Assembly: GCF_006345805.1 (NCBI RefSeq)
Contig: NC_043001.1
Location: forward strand, 26,102,001-26,166,000
Direction: 5' to 3'
Source of the DNA: Octopus sinensis
Taxonomy: Eukaryota
DNA length: 64,000 nucleotides
Numbering within the stretch: position 1 is the first letter of the stretch; each line of letters starts with the position of its first letter. The notes under the pieces were generated by a model, which saw only the letters and a list, made by a program, of their open reading frames with translations, ran no database searches and was not told where the DNA came from. Positions 47,838 to 60,174 of this stretch are shown one piece after another. The position numbers and the translations under genes were made by a program.

Positions 47838-50800
47838 AGAAAAAGAACCAATGAGGAAACCTCAATGCAATTGCTCAACTTATTAGCAGCCCAACTCCCC
47901 CGTATTATCCCCTACTCTCTTGAGAGAGAGAGGGGACAATTGGATAATGTATTTTGGATGCACACTGTCTGGAGAAGAAACTGGTCATGGTTGAAATGTC
48001 TTTCATCATATTTCTGCTCAATTAGAGATTAGTTTGCTCTATACAACAACAAAAGTAGAAGTAAATGTCAATTGTATATGTTGAAGAATCAGACATTTAC
48101 ATGCCATGATACAGTGTAAGGTGAACAATAAGTTCATTGTATACCATCTACATCTTGTGAATAAAATAATCTAAAATGTATGGTGATTCTAAACTCCAGA
48201 CTTTTGATGGCTTGTTAATAACTCTGAAATAGGAAACCATGTGCAATAAATTCATTCCATTACTGAAAATAACTATTTCAACTAACCACCATTATATATA
48301 AATTTGCTTCAAATCCACAAACTGTATTGTGGAGAATGAAAGGAAATATTCTCTCAATAAAAAAGATCCCTTGCTCAAGAAGATATGAAATAATTTTGGT
48401 CTAAAAATCTAGAGTGAAACTAAAGATTTTAGTCATAAGATATTATAATTTAATACAATGAGAAAGAATACTATTCCATCAAAAGTAAAAATACACTATC
48501 AACTTCAAAACGACTGATAAAAGTTGCAGGAAAAACTGCATAATAAAAATGCACTAGGAAGAGATCAAATAGCTATATATAGGTACAATAAATTAAATTC
48601 TACTTTACAAGAAGCAGTAGAAAACTACTCACCTGCAGGAAAACTATGGTATATTAACAAAACTGGTATTTTAATAAGATACATTTTGGTTATAATAAAA
48701 CCACTCACTTGGCAGATAATTATATAAGCTCTTTACACAAGTATTAATCAATTCCTTGAAGGTCACTGCAACTCTGGCAGGTGGGAATAAGCAGTGCAGA
48801 TATCTACTGAACAATTTTTAATTAATAAATCCCTCCAGTCTCAAGTAATAATATGCCAACCAATAACTTATAAAATGGCTTGATTAGAAAATGGTATTTA
48901 ACTACATTCCTCAGTCATGACTGTTGGAACCATTACACTCAGCAAAAGTGCTTCCTGCTTTAGTTACTGCCTCTGAAAGCCACTCACCTTTGTAGCTGAA
49001 GGCTTAACAATTGCCTCTGATACTCTGTCTTTCAAAAAGACTATTCCAAGGAGACTTTTCTCTATATGTTATTTACTGTTCATGAATTCACACAGAATGA
49101 CATAAATATATCTAAGAATGACACACAGAGACACACAGACATGCATAGATATACATTGATATACATATAAACACATGAAATATATGAATCTGCATAAGCT
49201 AGTCATTATAAAATAGATGAATATCATTATTCTTTGATACGTGACCATCAGTCATATGAATGAAGTTGGTTCATTTCTTGTTAAAAACTGCCACCAAGCA
49301 AGGGAAAAAAATAACATGTTATTAAAAAAACAAAGAAATATAACAGAGAGAGAGAAACAGAAATATTGAATACACAAGAGCAGGGACAGATGATCAATAG
49401 ACCCAGAAAATAGAAATAATATTAGAAAGTCATTTGTGTCAGTTCTGTCAAAAAGAACTAAGATATCCAATTTATGTTGAAAGCAGTCTAGAATATTTAG
49501 GAATGCCAAATAGCTAGATATAATCTCACCATTGCAGTTCATGCTTGTAGATGCAGTTTTTCTTAAATTGCATAAAATTGACTAACATTTCCTATTTGTA
49601 CAAAGGAAATTATTCCTTCCTCACTGACAGCAATATACAGCAGTCATGAAAATTGAAAGATGAGGTGTTGCATACAGCTAGCTTATTAGCTGGTGTGTCA
49701 ATAGCATATTTCATATCTTTAAGTATTTCTTGAATTCTTTTCCAAGGTACTATATTATATTGTTGAGGGAAGAAGAGTATATATGGAAAAAAACAAAAAA
49801 ACTGTAGAATATCTATAACACTCGAACCACAGTTCCAGAAACTTTTAAGAGCCAACTGAAGACAGGAGACATTTCTCATTGACTGCAAAATTTATTGAGC
49901 TACAGAAATGACTGTCAGATGTAACTAAGATTTATGAGAGTGTCATAAGAAGGTGGGTGGTTTTGTGTCTAACAATATAATAACAATGGCAGTTGCAACA
50001 TAATGGTGGCAACAATAATTGTTTTCACACAAGAAGCCCCCTTGTCAATAGTAAATGAATTTGTTTTGTATTGGGTGATCTGTACTGTAAATATTCTTTG
50101 TGAGGGTCAGTTGAGGAAGGAGACATATAAAACCAGAGTAATAAATCTTTTTTAAGACAGTTATGTAATTTAAAAACCATATCAAGAAAGGATATCTAAA
50201 AGTTGTGTTATGTTAATGTTTTGTCTCCTCTAAGCTGTTTCAAGATAAACGGAAAAAAAAAATATTATTTAAGACTTATGTTAAAATTTAGAGAGTATGT
50301 TATGAATTCTTTTAAAAATGTAAAATTTTAGGAGCACTTTAGGAATTTTAGATCACAAAATAAAACCAAAAGGAAAAACGATGCCTAGACATATGTTGCT
50401 AATTTTAAGATATGCTCTAACATGAATGGAGAATATTTGATAAGTACTATCAAAAGTATATATAGTGTTTCTACATATGATATAGACTCATGGTAAGATT
50501 TTGTGCACCTACGATAACTTTATTAAAAGCTACTTTAACATAAACACTTAAATTCTAAACCATGAAATGATATTTCGAACATGTTTGTGCAAATAGATTT
50601 CAATTGAACAAAGTTGAAAAATGTTTTGATCTATTCTCTTTATAAGCTGGAAATTTACATACTATAGCAATTAGGACACACTGGTATATGTAAGGTGAGT
50701 ATATAGACAACATCTAGCAAACATAAGCAAATATCAACAAAATAAACACAGTTAAAAATTAAGACTGATTTATTCTAGTCAGAAAATAGAAATCTTTTAA

Positions 50801-52004
50801 AAGTATTTTCAATACTTTCATACTGAATACCCATTCAATTTAAACATACTTTACCTGAAACCTCCTTAATTATATGTTCCTAGCAAATTCAGAAAACTGA
50901 GATGGTGGAAATTTGAAATAGCAGTTGTGAAATTACTGTTTAGCAGCTCTGTAAACTAGCAAAATTTAAGGGTAGAGAGCAAGGTTCTTACCATAAACAA
51001 TCTTATGGATATTTTCTTTTCTTTTCTAGTTTTGCTTTTTACATAATGTTCACCATTGTTTTGTGAATAGAAATGAAGAAGTAACAACAAGGATCAAATC
51101 ATTTAGTATTCAATTACAAGTCTGCCATTGTTGTTTTCCTCTAAAAATCCACTCTGGGAAGTAAGCTCTACATTGTGAAAAGGACTCCAACTATAAATTA
51201 ATTGTAAAGATTTAACAAACTAAACCAATTGACCAAATCACAAAAGAAATTTAAATAGAAACCGAGATGTACAATCTGACCCAACAACAGATTGCTGTTT
51301 AGCATTATCATAAATAGGGAAGGAAGTGTTATCTCCTGTTTATTTCAGAGGAATGTCAATTTTGTAAAGAGTGAGCACAATTGATTGAATTTACTACAAT
51401 GTATCGCTGGCATTTGGTTTATTGGCTTGAGAGGGGTGAAACTCAACCCACACTCCCAGCAGGATTTAAATGGTCAAATGCAAGTGATAAAAATAAATAC
51501 AACAGGCAAATTATTCACCTCGATTCTACTGCTGACATCTCACTAGAATGCAATAAATGAGATGCCATTAATAATACAATAGGCTACATCTCCAAAACGT
51601 TGCAATTGTAACTGGTAACATATCAGCCATAACACATTGCAGTTGCAATAGATGGTGCATTCTCTAGCAAAACACAATGACCGACAACAAATGAGCTACA
51701 ATCCAGCTGGTTACTTCACCACTACACTCCAGTAGACTAAATATCTCCTACAATTGAATAGGTGATATCTCTACTACTACTACTACACTAAACCCTATTT
51801 CTCTATCACTGTTACACAATACTTAAAATCTCCCCCTAAACAGAATACTATATCCACCTTCTTACTTTTATCAACTTATAACTATATGAGCTTCCCACAC
51901 CTTCTCAAATGAAACACACAACTTCATAAACCAGTGACACCAAACTCACATTCTCCCTTCATTCTACAAACATGGTTACTCTAGTTCTATGACACTCTCC
52001 TAGA

Positions 52005-52145
52005 ACCTATTTCTTTACTACCCACAAGGGGCTAAACACAGAGGGGACAAACAAGGACAGGCACACGAATTAAGTCAATTACATCGACCTCAGTGTGTAA
52101 CTGGTACTTAATTTATCGACCCCCGAAAGGATGAAAGGCAAAGTC
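52005..52145 (-). mobile_element. SINE-B, 5'-truncated
   Basis: ctatttctttactacccacaaggggctaaacacagaggggac...aaggatgaaaggcaaagtc; flanked by a repeated ctctcctagaacct (about 51995 and 52146), a likely TSD. Confidence 0.88.
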
Positions 52146-52259
52146 CTCTCCTAGAACCTTCACTCCAAAACAACAGACTTAAAGCAGCACCTAACTGTTC
52201 CACTGTCTTTCTCCTTTTATTAGCAATAACAGGTAACATCAAATACAACCATCACACTT

Positions 52260-52634
52260 GGAAACATAAACATAGGCTTACTGTGCAACCATGTAGTGTC
52301 AGGTTCAGTCCCACTATGCAGCACCTTGGGCAAGTGTCTTCTACTATAACTCCAGGCTGACCAATGCCTTGTATATGAATTTGACAGATGGAAACTGTGA
52401 GGAACACTTGCATATATGTGTATGCATGTGAGTCTTTGTGTGTGTGTCCTGCACTATGTGACAATCAGTGTTGGTTTGTTTACAGCCTTTTAACTTAACA
52501 GTTCAGCAAAAGAGGCCAACAGAATAAGCACTAGACTTTAAAATAAGTGGTTGATTTCCTGGACTAAAACCCTTCAAGACAGTGCCCCCAGAATGGGAAA
52601 AGTCCTGTTACTGAAACAAGTAAGAGGTAAAAGA
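52260..52634 (+). mobile_element. SINE-A full length, degenerate
   Basis: ggttcagtcccactatgcagcaccttgggcaagtgtcttctactata...ggaaactg...gcaaaagaggccaacagaataagcact...ctgaaacaagtaag. Confidence 0.8.
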
Positions 52635-53490
52635 TATCCCATACACACATTAGACAAAAATAATATTAGTTACATACAACATCTCTACAGCATTCACAGT
52701 ACAAAGAAAAGAATGCAAAACAACATACACAGAGCACTCACAGTTACAAGAAATAAATAACAATAGTTGTACAAATGGTACATTGATTATGCCAGTACTG
52801 TTGTCTTTTGTTCTCTTAGGTTTAAAGCACTACAAAGAACATAAAACAGTGAATTTCACATCATCACAGGTTGTAATAGACAACCCCCTTAGACTACTTA
52901 AACATGAAACCAAAAGAAAAGGCAACTAAAAACAAAAGACATTTGTGATACAGTTTGTTTCCATTGTAAATTCCAATAATTACAATTTTTGCAAGTATAT
53001 AAAAAAAAAAAAACTCTAGAAATATATACATCACTGAAGACAACAACAACATCATAAACCTAGTTTATTGATTGATTGAATGATGAATCAAAGGTTAACC
53101 AACTGACAAATAAATAATAAAGAAGTGAAATAGAACCAGTGGATGTGTTTATTATTGGTACAATGACCCCCCCAAAGTACAACAAAGTTTGATTCAACAC
53201 ATGAGTTCACATCAAGAATCTTGCAAACCAAATACAAAAATTAAATATTCTAAAGACCCTATTTCTTCCACTCATCCTAGATAAACCATAAAAACTGTAT
53301 CGATAGCTTCACTAACTCCAAGCACTGTACTGGAATGCATACCACCAATGGCAAGTGCAGACAAACAGTAAATGCTACACTCTGATCAAGTTCACCTTTA
53401 CAACCCTTATTTGTGCTACCATTAGAATCTACATGTGTACAGACAAGCCATCAAGAGAGCTTCTACAAGGTTACTTGACCCGCAAAGATA

Positions 53491-53822
53491 TCTTTTACTT
53501 GTTTCAGTCATTTGACTGAGGTCATACAGGGGTACTGCCTTGAAGAGTTTTTAGCCAAGTGGACCAGCCTAAGTACTTACTCTATCAATCTCTTTTGCCG
53601 CAACATTAAGTTACAGAACATAAACTCACCAACATCAGTAGTGGGAGGACAAATACACACACACACACATTTACACTATGGGTTTCTTTCAGTTTCCATC
53701 AACAAATCCTCTCACAAGGTTTTGGTTGGCCTGAGACTATAGTAGAATACACTTGTCCAAGGTGCCATGCAGAGGGACTGAACCTGGAACCAGGTGGCTG
53801 GGAAGCAAACATCTTACCATAA
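53491..53822 (-). mobile_element. SINE-A full length, degenerate
   Basis: tcttttacttgtttcagtcatttgactg...ctttcagtttccatc..caaggtgccatgcagagggactgaacctggaacc. Confidence 0.82.
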
Positions 53823-53834
53823 ATGTAATTCAAG

Positions 53835-54025
53835 GGGAAGTCAGCTGCTATTTTTAGCAACCAAATTTCCCTCAAATTACATTCAAGTGTTTAATATAAA
53901 AGTCACACTAGGCAATGTAGCGTCTTGGCCATCATATACAATAAGTCAGCACGGCCATGGCTGGAATGATGTAATCATAGGGCTGACTGATCAAGAGTGA
54001 CCTGGGGCTAAATGACAATAATAAT
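53835..54025 (+). mobile_element. Repeat-D (unclassified SINE/LINE-tail-like, ends in ggggctaaa(caa)-like tail)
   Basis: Shares gctgctattt(c/t)tagca, ccaaat(c/t)tccctcaaat.aca and the 3' ggggctaaa with 57063-57265 and 58090-58300; strand assigned from the (CAA) tail. Confidence 0.65.
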
Positions 54026-54074
54026 TAGCAAACAGAAATAAATCAGACAGCAAGGAGAATGCAACATGTTCATA

Positions 54075-54378
54075 GTGGAGGCACATGGCCTAGTGGTTAG
54101 AGCAGCAGACTCGTGGTCGAGGGATCGAAGGTTCGAATCTCAGACCAGGCGATGTGTGTGTTTATGAGTGAAAACACCTAAGCTCCACGTGGCTCCGGCA
54201 GAAAGTAATGGCAAACTTCTGCTGACTCTTTCACCACAACTTTCTCTCACTCTTTCCTCCTGCATCTTGCAGCTCACCTGCAATGGACCGGTGTCCCGTC
54301 CAGGTGGGGAACCTATACGCCAAAGAAACCGGGAAGCTGGCCCTATGAGCCAGGCGTGGCTCGAGAAGGAACAAACAA
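54075..54378 (+). mobile_element. SINE-C1 full length with perfect TSD
   Basis: 13-bp TSD CAACATGTTCATA at 54062-54074 and 54379-54391; A box tggcctagtgg, B box ggttcgaatctc. Confidence 0.95.
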
Positions 54379-54550
54379 CAACATGTTCATACTGTTCAAC
54401 TGCCAGGTTGCAAGAAGCCCAGTATATCCAGAACAGTAAATCTGAGATTGTTGCCTTGTTATTCAGCCAACTACCTCAATGTCATGTGTCTGCTCAAGTG
54501 GAATTAAACTAAGGCTACACTACAACTCAAAATCTCCCCTTCATTATAAT

Positions 54551-55110
54551 AAGTGATATCTCACATTATGTGATACCCTCTCTACAATATGTGATGTTTA
54601 ACCCATAATATGTAGGATATATAATGTCACTACAGCCTGTGATGTCTATCCCATAACATGCAATGTGTTTTCACAACATGTGATGTCACTTTCCCACATA
54701 ATATGATGTCACTCTCACCTACAGCATGCGATGTGTCTTCACTACAATACACAATGTCTCACCCCCTACATTGTGACATCTCCACCACAGTATGTGATAT
54801 CTCTTTTATGATATGTGATATCATCACTACAATATGCAATATGTCCCCACTATAACATATGAATGTCCCCACTCTAATACATTTCTCCATGCGATGTGTC
54901 TCCACTACAATACATAATGTCTCACCCCCTACATTGTGACATCTCCACTGCAGTATGTGATATCTCTTTTATAATATGTGATATCATCACTACAATATGC
55001 AATGTGTCTCCACTATAACATATGAATGTCCCCACTCTAATACATGATTTCTCCATATAATGTCCTACACTATAATATGTGATGTCTCCACTATAATATG
55101 CAATGTTTCC
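54551..55110. repeat. Degenerate minisatellite (about 20-bp unit, aatatgtgatgtctccact-like) with a 163-166 bp higher-order duplication
   Basis: Near-identical blocks 54728-54890 and 54891-55056. Confidence 0.9.
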
Positions 55111-55598
55111 TATTTAATATAATGGGAAATATCTGAAAGCTAAATTGCTTAACAGCTTTGAAGATGAGTAAATTAAATAAAAATATAACCAAATTATTTT
55201 ATAAAAATACAACAACACAACAATAAAATAGGAAAACTTAAAAAAAAGCCAATTAAATTTGGTTTCAGTAGTTTTCCCCTCTTGTCTCCGTAATCTTTAT
55301 TTAATCGGAAGAATATTTGGATTTTTCTATTAACAAAGAATCTTAAAAACAGTCTAAAGCTTTTGTTGATGTGCCTAAGGAAACAAAAATTGTGAGTTTA
55401 ACTCATTTTAGCATTGCAGTTTAAGGTGTTTTACATATAAAAAGGACAAAAATAAAATAAAATAAAATAAAAGATGAATGCCAAACAAGAGAAAAATGAA
55501 TGAGAAGAATGAGAAAAAACAAAAAGGAAAAGAAAAAAGAAATAGAATAGGACAAAATGAGAAGATGAAGAAGGACAACAAAGAAACCAATAAATGCA

Positions 55599-55695
55599 AT
55601 GATGGTGGTGGTGGTGGTGGTGATGATGATGATGATGATGATGATAATGATGATGATGATGGTGGTGGTGGCGGCGGCGGCGGCGGCGGTGGTGG

Positions 55696-55726
<31 letters not shown>

Positions 55727-55863
55727 GGTGGTGGTGGTGGTGGTGATGATGATGATGGTGGTGGTGGTGGTGGTGATGATGGTGGTGGTGGTGGTGGTGG
55801 TGGCGGCGGCGGTGGTGGTGATGATGATGGTGGTGGTGGTGGTGGTGGCGGTGGTGGTGGTGG

Positions 55864-55896
<33 letters not shown>

Positions 55897-55958
55897 CAGC
55901 AGCGGCAGTGGTGGTGATGATGATGATGATGATTACTACTACTACTACTACTACTACT
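55599..55958. repeat. Compound (GGT/GAT/GGC)n then (TAC)n trinucleotide array
   Basis: Directly visible; creates poly-H/T/G/V pseudo-ORFs in several frames. Confidence 0.97.
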
Positions 55959-56484
55959 AGAGATTGCTGAAGGAGTAAAGTACTCGGGGATGAATGCCCA
56001 GTTATTCTGTTCTTTGCTTGACAAGTTTCCTGTTCATTTAGGCCCTGCTCCTTTTGTGTTTTAACACATGGAGATAACATTTAAACTCCTCTCTTACCCT
56101 GGGAGTTTGAATCAAATTCGAAAAGAATTGAAAGATGAAATGACAATAAAACTTTGAAAAGAAACAGAAGCCCCTGTTTTCACTAAATTTAATTAATTAT
56201 TCAATTTGAAAATTCAAAAAGATTACTTTATAAGTGATTGGAAAGTGTGTGTCAGGGGGTTATTTCGCAATCGACAGAGAGATCCTAAAACACCCAACAT
56301 GAAAAAGAAAGGATGTTTATGTGTAATGGTATGTGCTTGCTTGTGTGACTGTGTGTATTTGGAAATACAGTAATTGCGTGTATATGTATGCACATGCACA
56401 AGTGCATTTAACAGTAAACACTTGCTACTGCTCACACACACATTGGTATATATATATATATACATATGCATATATATATACCAA

Positions 56485-56722
56485 GGCGGCGAGCTGGCAG
56501 AAACGTTAGCACGCCAGGCGAAATGTGTAGCCGTATTTCGTCTGCCGTTACGTTCTGAGTTCAAATTCCACCAAGGTTGACTTTGCCTTTCATCCTTTCG
56601 GGGTCGATAAATTAAGTACCAGTTACGCATTGGGGTCAATGTAATCGACTTAATCCGTTTGTCTGTCCTCGTTTATTCTCTCTCTGTGTTTAGCCCCTTG
56701 TGGGTAGTAAAGAAATAGGTAT
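56485..56722 (+). mobile_element. SINE-B, young CpG-intact full-length copy
   Basis: ggcggcgagctggcagaaacgttagcacgcc...gagttcaaattcc (B box)...gactttgcctttcatcctttcggggtcgataaattaagtaccag...gtagtaaagaaatagg. From memory the central block resembles the Ceph/Sauria-SINE domain (needs checking). Confidence 0.93.
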
Positions 56723-56882
56723 ATATATATATATGCATATGCAACATAGCAATGGCATATACGCAGCATTTTCTCTGTGTGTCTATTGTGTACAGAAAGT
56801 AATTGTGGGTACACTCTTATGTGGTGCCATAAAAGTGGCATTTACTAAATGTCTTCATGTGTCTCAACATATATCTGAAGAT

Positions 56883-57045
56883 CAGTTATAGAATATATGT
56901 GATATTAACAATATCTGCATTCAGTTACAGAATGTATGTGAAATTAATAATATCTGCATTCAGTTACAGAATGTATGTGATATTAACAATATTTGCATTC
57001 AGTTACAGAATGTATGTGATATTAACAATATCTGCATTCAGTTAT
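56883..57045. repeat. 39-bp tandem repeat, about 4.2 copies
   Basis: Unit cagttacagaatgtatgtgatattaacaatatctgcatt starts at 56883, 56922, 56961, 57000, 57039. Confidence 0.95.
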
Positions 57046-57062
57046 ATGTAAGTATTGTCATT

Positions 57063-57265
57063 GCTGTTTAGCTCCAGGACTTCTGTTACAGAGCAGACAG
57101 ACCTATGATAAAAGGCAATCCAGTTCTGACCAACATTTTTTTTTTAATATCAGGGACTACATTGACTAATATATCCTTCTTTAAGACTGCAGGGTATAAT
57201 TTGAGCAAGGTTTGGTTGTTATTTCTACCAGGTTTAACAACCACATAGAAGCTCCCTGGTGGCTG
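57063..57265 (-). mobile_element. Repeat-D copy
   Basis: ttgctgtttagctccagg...cagacctatgataaaaggcaatccag...ggtataatttgagcaaggtttggttgttatttctaccagg. Confidence 0.65.
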
Positions 57266-58089
57266 TGTGTGTATGTGCATGCTTAAAATTTAGCAACTAT
57301 GTGTCATATACTTTGTTTTGTGTATGTCTGGGCTGTTCAATAATTGTATTTTCATATCTCGGTTATGAATGCATGTAGAAGAGTGAGTGTTTGTAAATGT
57401 AGGGGGTGCATTCATGTGTGTGTGCATTCACCCCTGTCTTCTAATGTTATTAACAGATTGAAATCTCACTCCCCTACATGATATCAAAGAGGCTTATATT
57501 CAATCAAATTTAACAAGCTTAATTTTTTTTTTTTAAATAAACTGAAATAAAAGACTAAACAAAATACAAAAGATATAAGTATAAAATAAAGATGTGAATT
57601 AAATACGAGAAAGAAACGTTGACATAGGGGGTAAAAGGAGGGGAAGAAAGAGGTACAGAGAAATGTAACAGAAAATATTCAGGAAGGACAGGAAGATAGA
57701 GGAAAGATGCGTGGAGATAATGAGAAAAACTAAGGAAGAGAAAGAAAGAGATAGTGAGGAAAGACAAGCAAATACACACGCACACACACACAAGCATGCA
57801 CTCATAAAAAATCTGAAATAGGCTTAAAGCCTATAAATTAGAGTGAAGAAGAGAAATGAGATTATGTGACATTCATGATTATGTCAGGGTATTCCCGACA
57901 CATGAGTAGTGTATAATAATGATAAACAAAAGCAGAAAGGCAAAGGTGATTTAACCCACATGAGAAATTGAGTCCATGTGGTAAAACAAAATCACATTAC
58001 GTTTGTTTCTGATTTCTCTAAACTTTTTGTAATTTCTGCTGAATGTCTACATTAATTCCTGATAAGTCTATTGCTCAAGCCAGTAAGAG

Positions 58090-58300
58090 AGAGCTTCAGT
58101 GTGGTTTCTGGACATGCTAGAAATAGTAGCCAAATCTCCCTCACAATCACATTCTACTGTTTTATTAAAGTAAAAATAAACCACTAAGGATAATGTAATA
58201 CTAGAGACAGTCGTTGAAAAAAAGTAAAAAAAAAAAGGAAGAAGTGGTCATGGGTATAAGGCCTTTAGTCATCTGATTAAGACCTACACAACAACAATAA
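58090..58300 (+). mobile_element. Repeat-D copy
   Basis: catgctagaaatagtagccaaatctccctcacaatcaca...ggataatgta...acacaacaacaat. Confidence 0.6.
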
Positions 58301-58337
58301 TGAATCTGTCACTTTTCTCTTCCCAGAAAACAGTTAA

Positions 58338-58550
58338 CCCTTCAGATACCAACACCACTCAAAACCACCCTGCTCCTATGATATCCTGTTTTTAAATGAA
58401 CTAAATTAAAACCTTCCATCAAGATTCTGTGTTAATTTGCATTCCAGACACGAGCATAATAACAAAGTTATTCTACTGAATTCTTCGTTATTTTAACAAT
58501 TAATTGAAACACCAACAGTGTATTTCAACAGAAATTTGGTAACAAAAGAG
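58338..58550. mobile_element. piggyBac-type MITE (213 bp), second family
   Basis: TTAA on both sides (58334-37, 58551-54); degenerate TIR cccttcagatacca / tggtaacaaaagag (10/14). Confidence 0.65.
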
Positions 58551-59374
58551 TTAATCACCATAGAATTTATGAATCTATGGTCTTCCAAACTTTTCATTAA
58601 AATCATTCTTGCAGTTAATTTTCTCTATTTGGAAGAATTCTGCTAACTATGCTACTGCACAGCTTTGTTCATCACCAATCTACATTAAGCTATTACAAAA
58701 ATTGTTCAATATATTGCTTCTCCCAGGATACCAATTTATTACTATTTAAGAAATCATTTAATGTAATAACAGAATTAATAATGACCTAAAATGTCAATGC
58801 CAAGAAAGACTGCCAATAAAATATTCTAAAATGCACATAAAGCATATATATTGCTTGAGCATATGTAGATACCAATCCCATAAGGCCCAAAGTTGAACAG
58901 AAATAAGAGGAAACTATTTTGATAATCTAGTCAAGTACTAAGGTTGATTTAATCGACTGACCTCTTGCACCAAATTTGTGGTGTTGAGTCTATCTTAAAA
59001 ATCAATGATCTAATAAAATGATTTTTTCCTATTGGCACAAAGTCACAAATTTTTTATTTTTTTTTTGTGGAGGTGTATAATCAATTAAAACACCTCAGTG
59101 CATGCTGGGTACATAATTTAGTAAACTTAGCTGAAGGAAAAGCAAAGTTAGATTTTGAAGCTGAACGCAGGACAAAACTGAATATTATGTTATTCGGTTC
59201 TATTTTTACCAAGTTGCCATTTCTAAAACTGTGATATATATGAGCTAGTTTGTCTTCGATTATTCTTTGCAGATAATTTTGCAGGATAAGAATGTGATAT
59301 CAAAGGTTCTAAAGGAGATAATTCAAATAGTTTTAAATAAAATAAATAATTCTAAAAAATGAATAATAGCTTTA

Positions 59375-60015
59375 TTTTTTACTTGCTTTAGTGATTGGAC
59401 TATGGCCATGTAAAGTCACCATCTTGAAGGGTCACCACCTTGAAGGGTTTTTAGTCAAATAAATTGACTCTCATACTGATTTTATTTATTTTAGTTACTT
59501 ATTCTATTGGTCTCTTTTGTTTACAGGGACATAAATAACCAACACCAGTTGTCAGACAGTGTGGTGGGGAGACAAACACAGGCACAAAGACACACTTCTT
59601 CTTGCACCCTTTTAAAGCCTAGCCAGGCTTATGGACCCAGTTTCTCAGTTTCAATGGCATATGTGTTCCCCAGCTGGATGGGACGCCAGTCCATCACAGC
59701 GTTACTCATTTTTGCCAGCTGAGTGGACTGGAGCAACATGAAATGAAGTATTTTGCTCAAAAACACAACGCTTCGCCCGGTCCAGGAATCAAAACCACAA
59801 TCTTACAATCATGATGCTGACACCCTAACCACTAAGCCACACGCCTCCACACAAAGACACACACACACACATATATATATATATGATGAGCTTCTGTACA
59901 GTTTCCATTTACCAAACCCCCTGAAAAAGAATTAGTTACCCAAGGTGTTGCAGTGGGACTGAAACTAAAACCATGCTGTTGCAAAGTGAGTTTTGTAACC
60001 ACACAGCCATGCTTG
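59375..60015 (-). mobile_element. SINE-A, old copy split by a nested SINE-C3
   Basis: 3' part ttttacttgctttagtgattggact..., 5' part cagtttccatttaccaaac..cccaaggtgttgcagtgggactgaa..aaccacacagccatgc. Confidence 0.75.
59596..59850 (-). mobile_element. SINE-C3 full length with perfect 12-bp TSD
   Basis: TSD ACAAAGACACAC at 59584-95 and 59851-62; head gtggaggcgtgtggcttagtggttaggg; (GAA)n tail. Confidence 0.93.
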
Positions 60016-60174
60016 CATCTATAATGTGTCTAAATAAGTGCAAAAGATAAAAAAAATGAATCTGGTCTTCGCTTAATAACTGGAGGCTTTTCCAATAATT
60101 ACAGAAAGATAGCAAAGATAAAACAATCCAAGAAGAAAATGATAAAACCATACATATTAAAGTCATATAGGTAT

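Noticed and set aside
49610-49888. 92-aa minus-strand ORF (..VPWKRIQEILKDMKYAIDTPANK..)
   Set aside because: No homology I can recognise; the acceptor is unconvincing. A tBLASTn/RNA-seq check could revive it.
50647-50694. Plus-strand 48-nt pseudo-exon (ttctctttataag ... AAG|GTGAGT)
   Set aside because: Stops in all frames and opposite strand to the other candidates; kept as a reminder that such motifs arise by chance.
55421-56080. Longest ORFs (219, 197, 160, 123 aa; poly-T/H/G/V)
   Set aside because: Translations of a compound trinucleotide microsatellite, open on both strands, with no splice or coding context.
56883-57045. CRISPR-like array
   Set aside because: Contiguous tandem units without unique spacers, in eukaryotic DNA.
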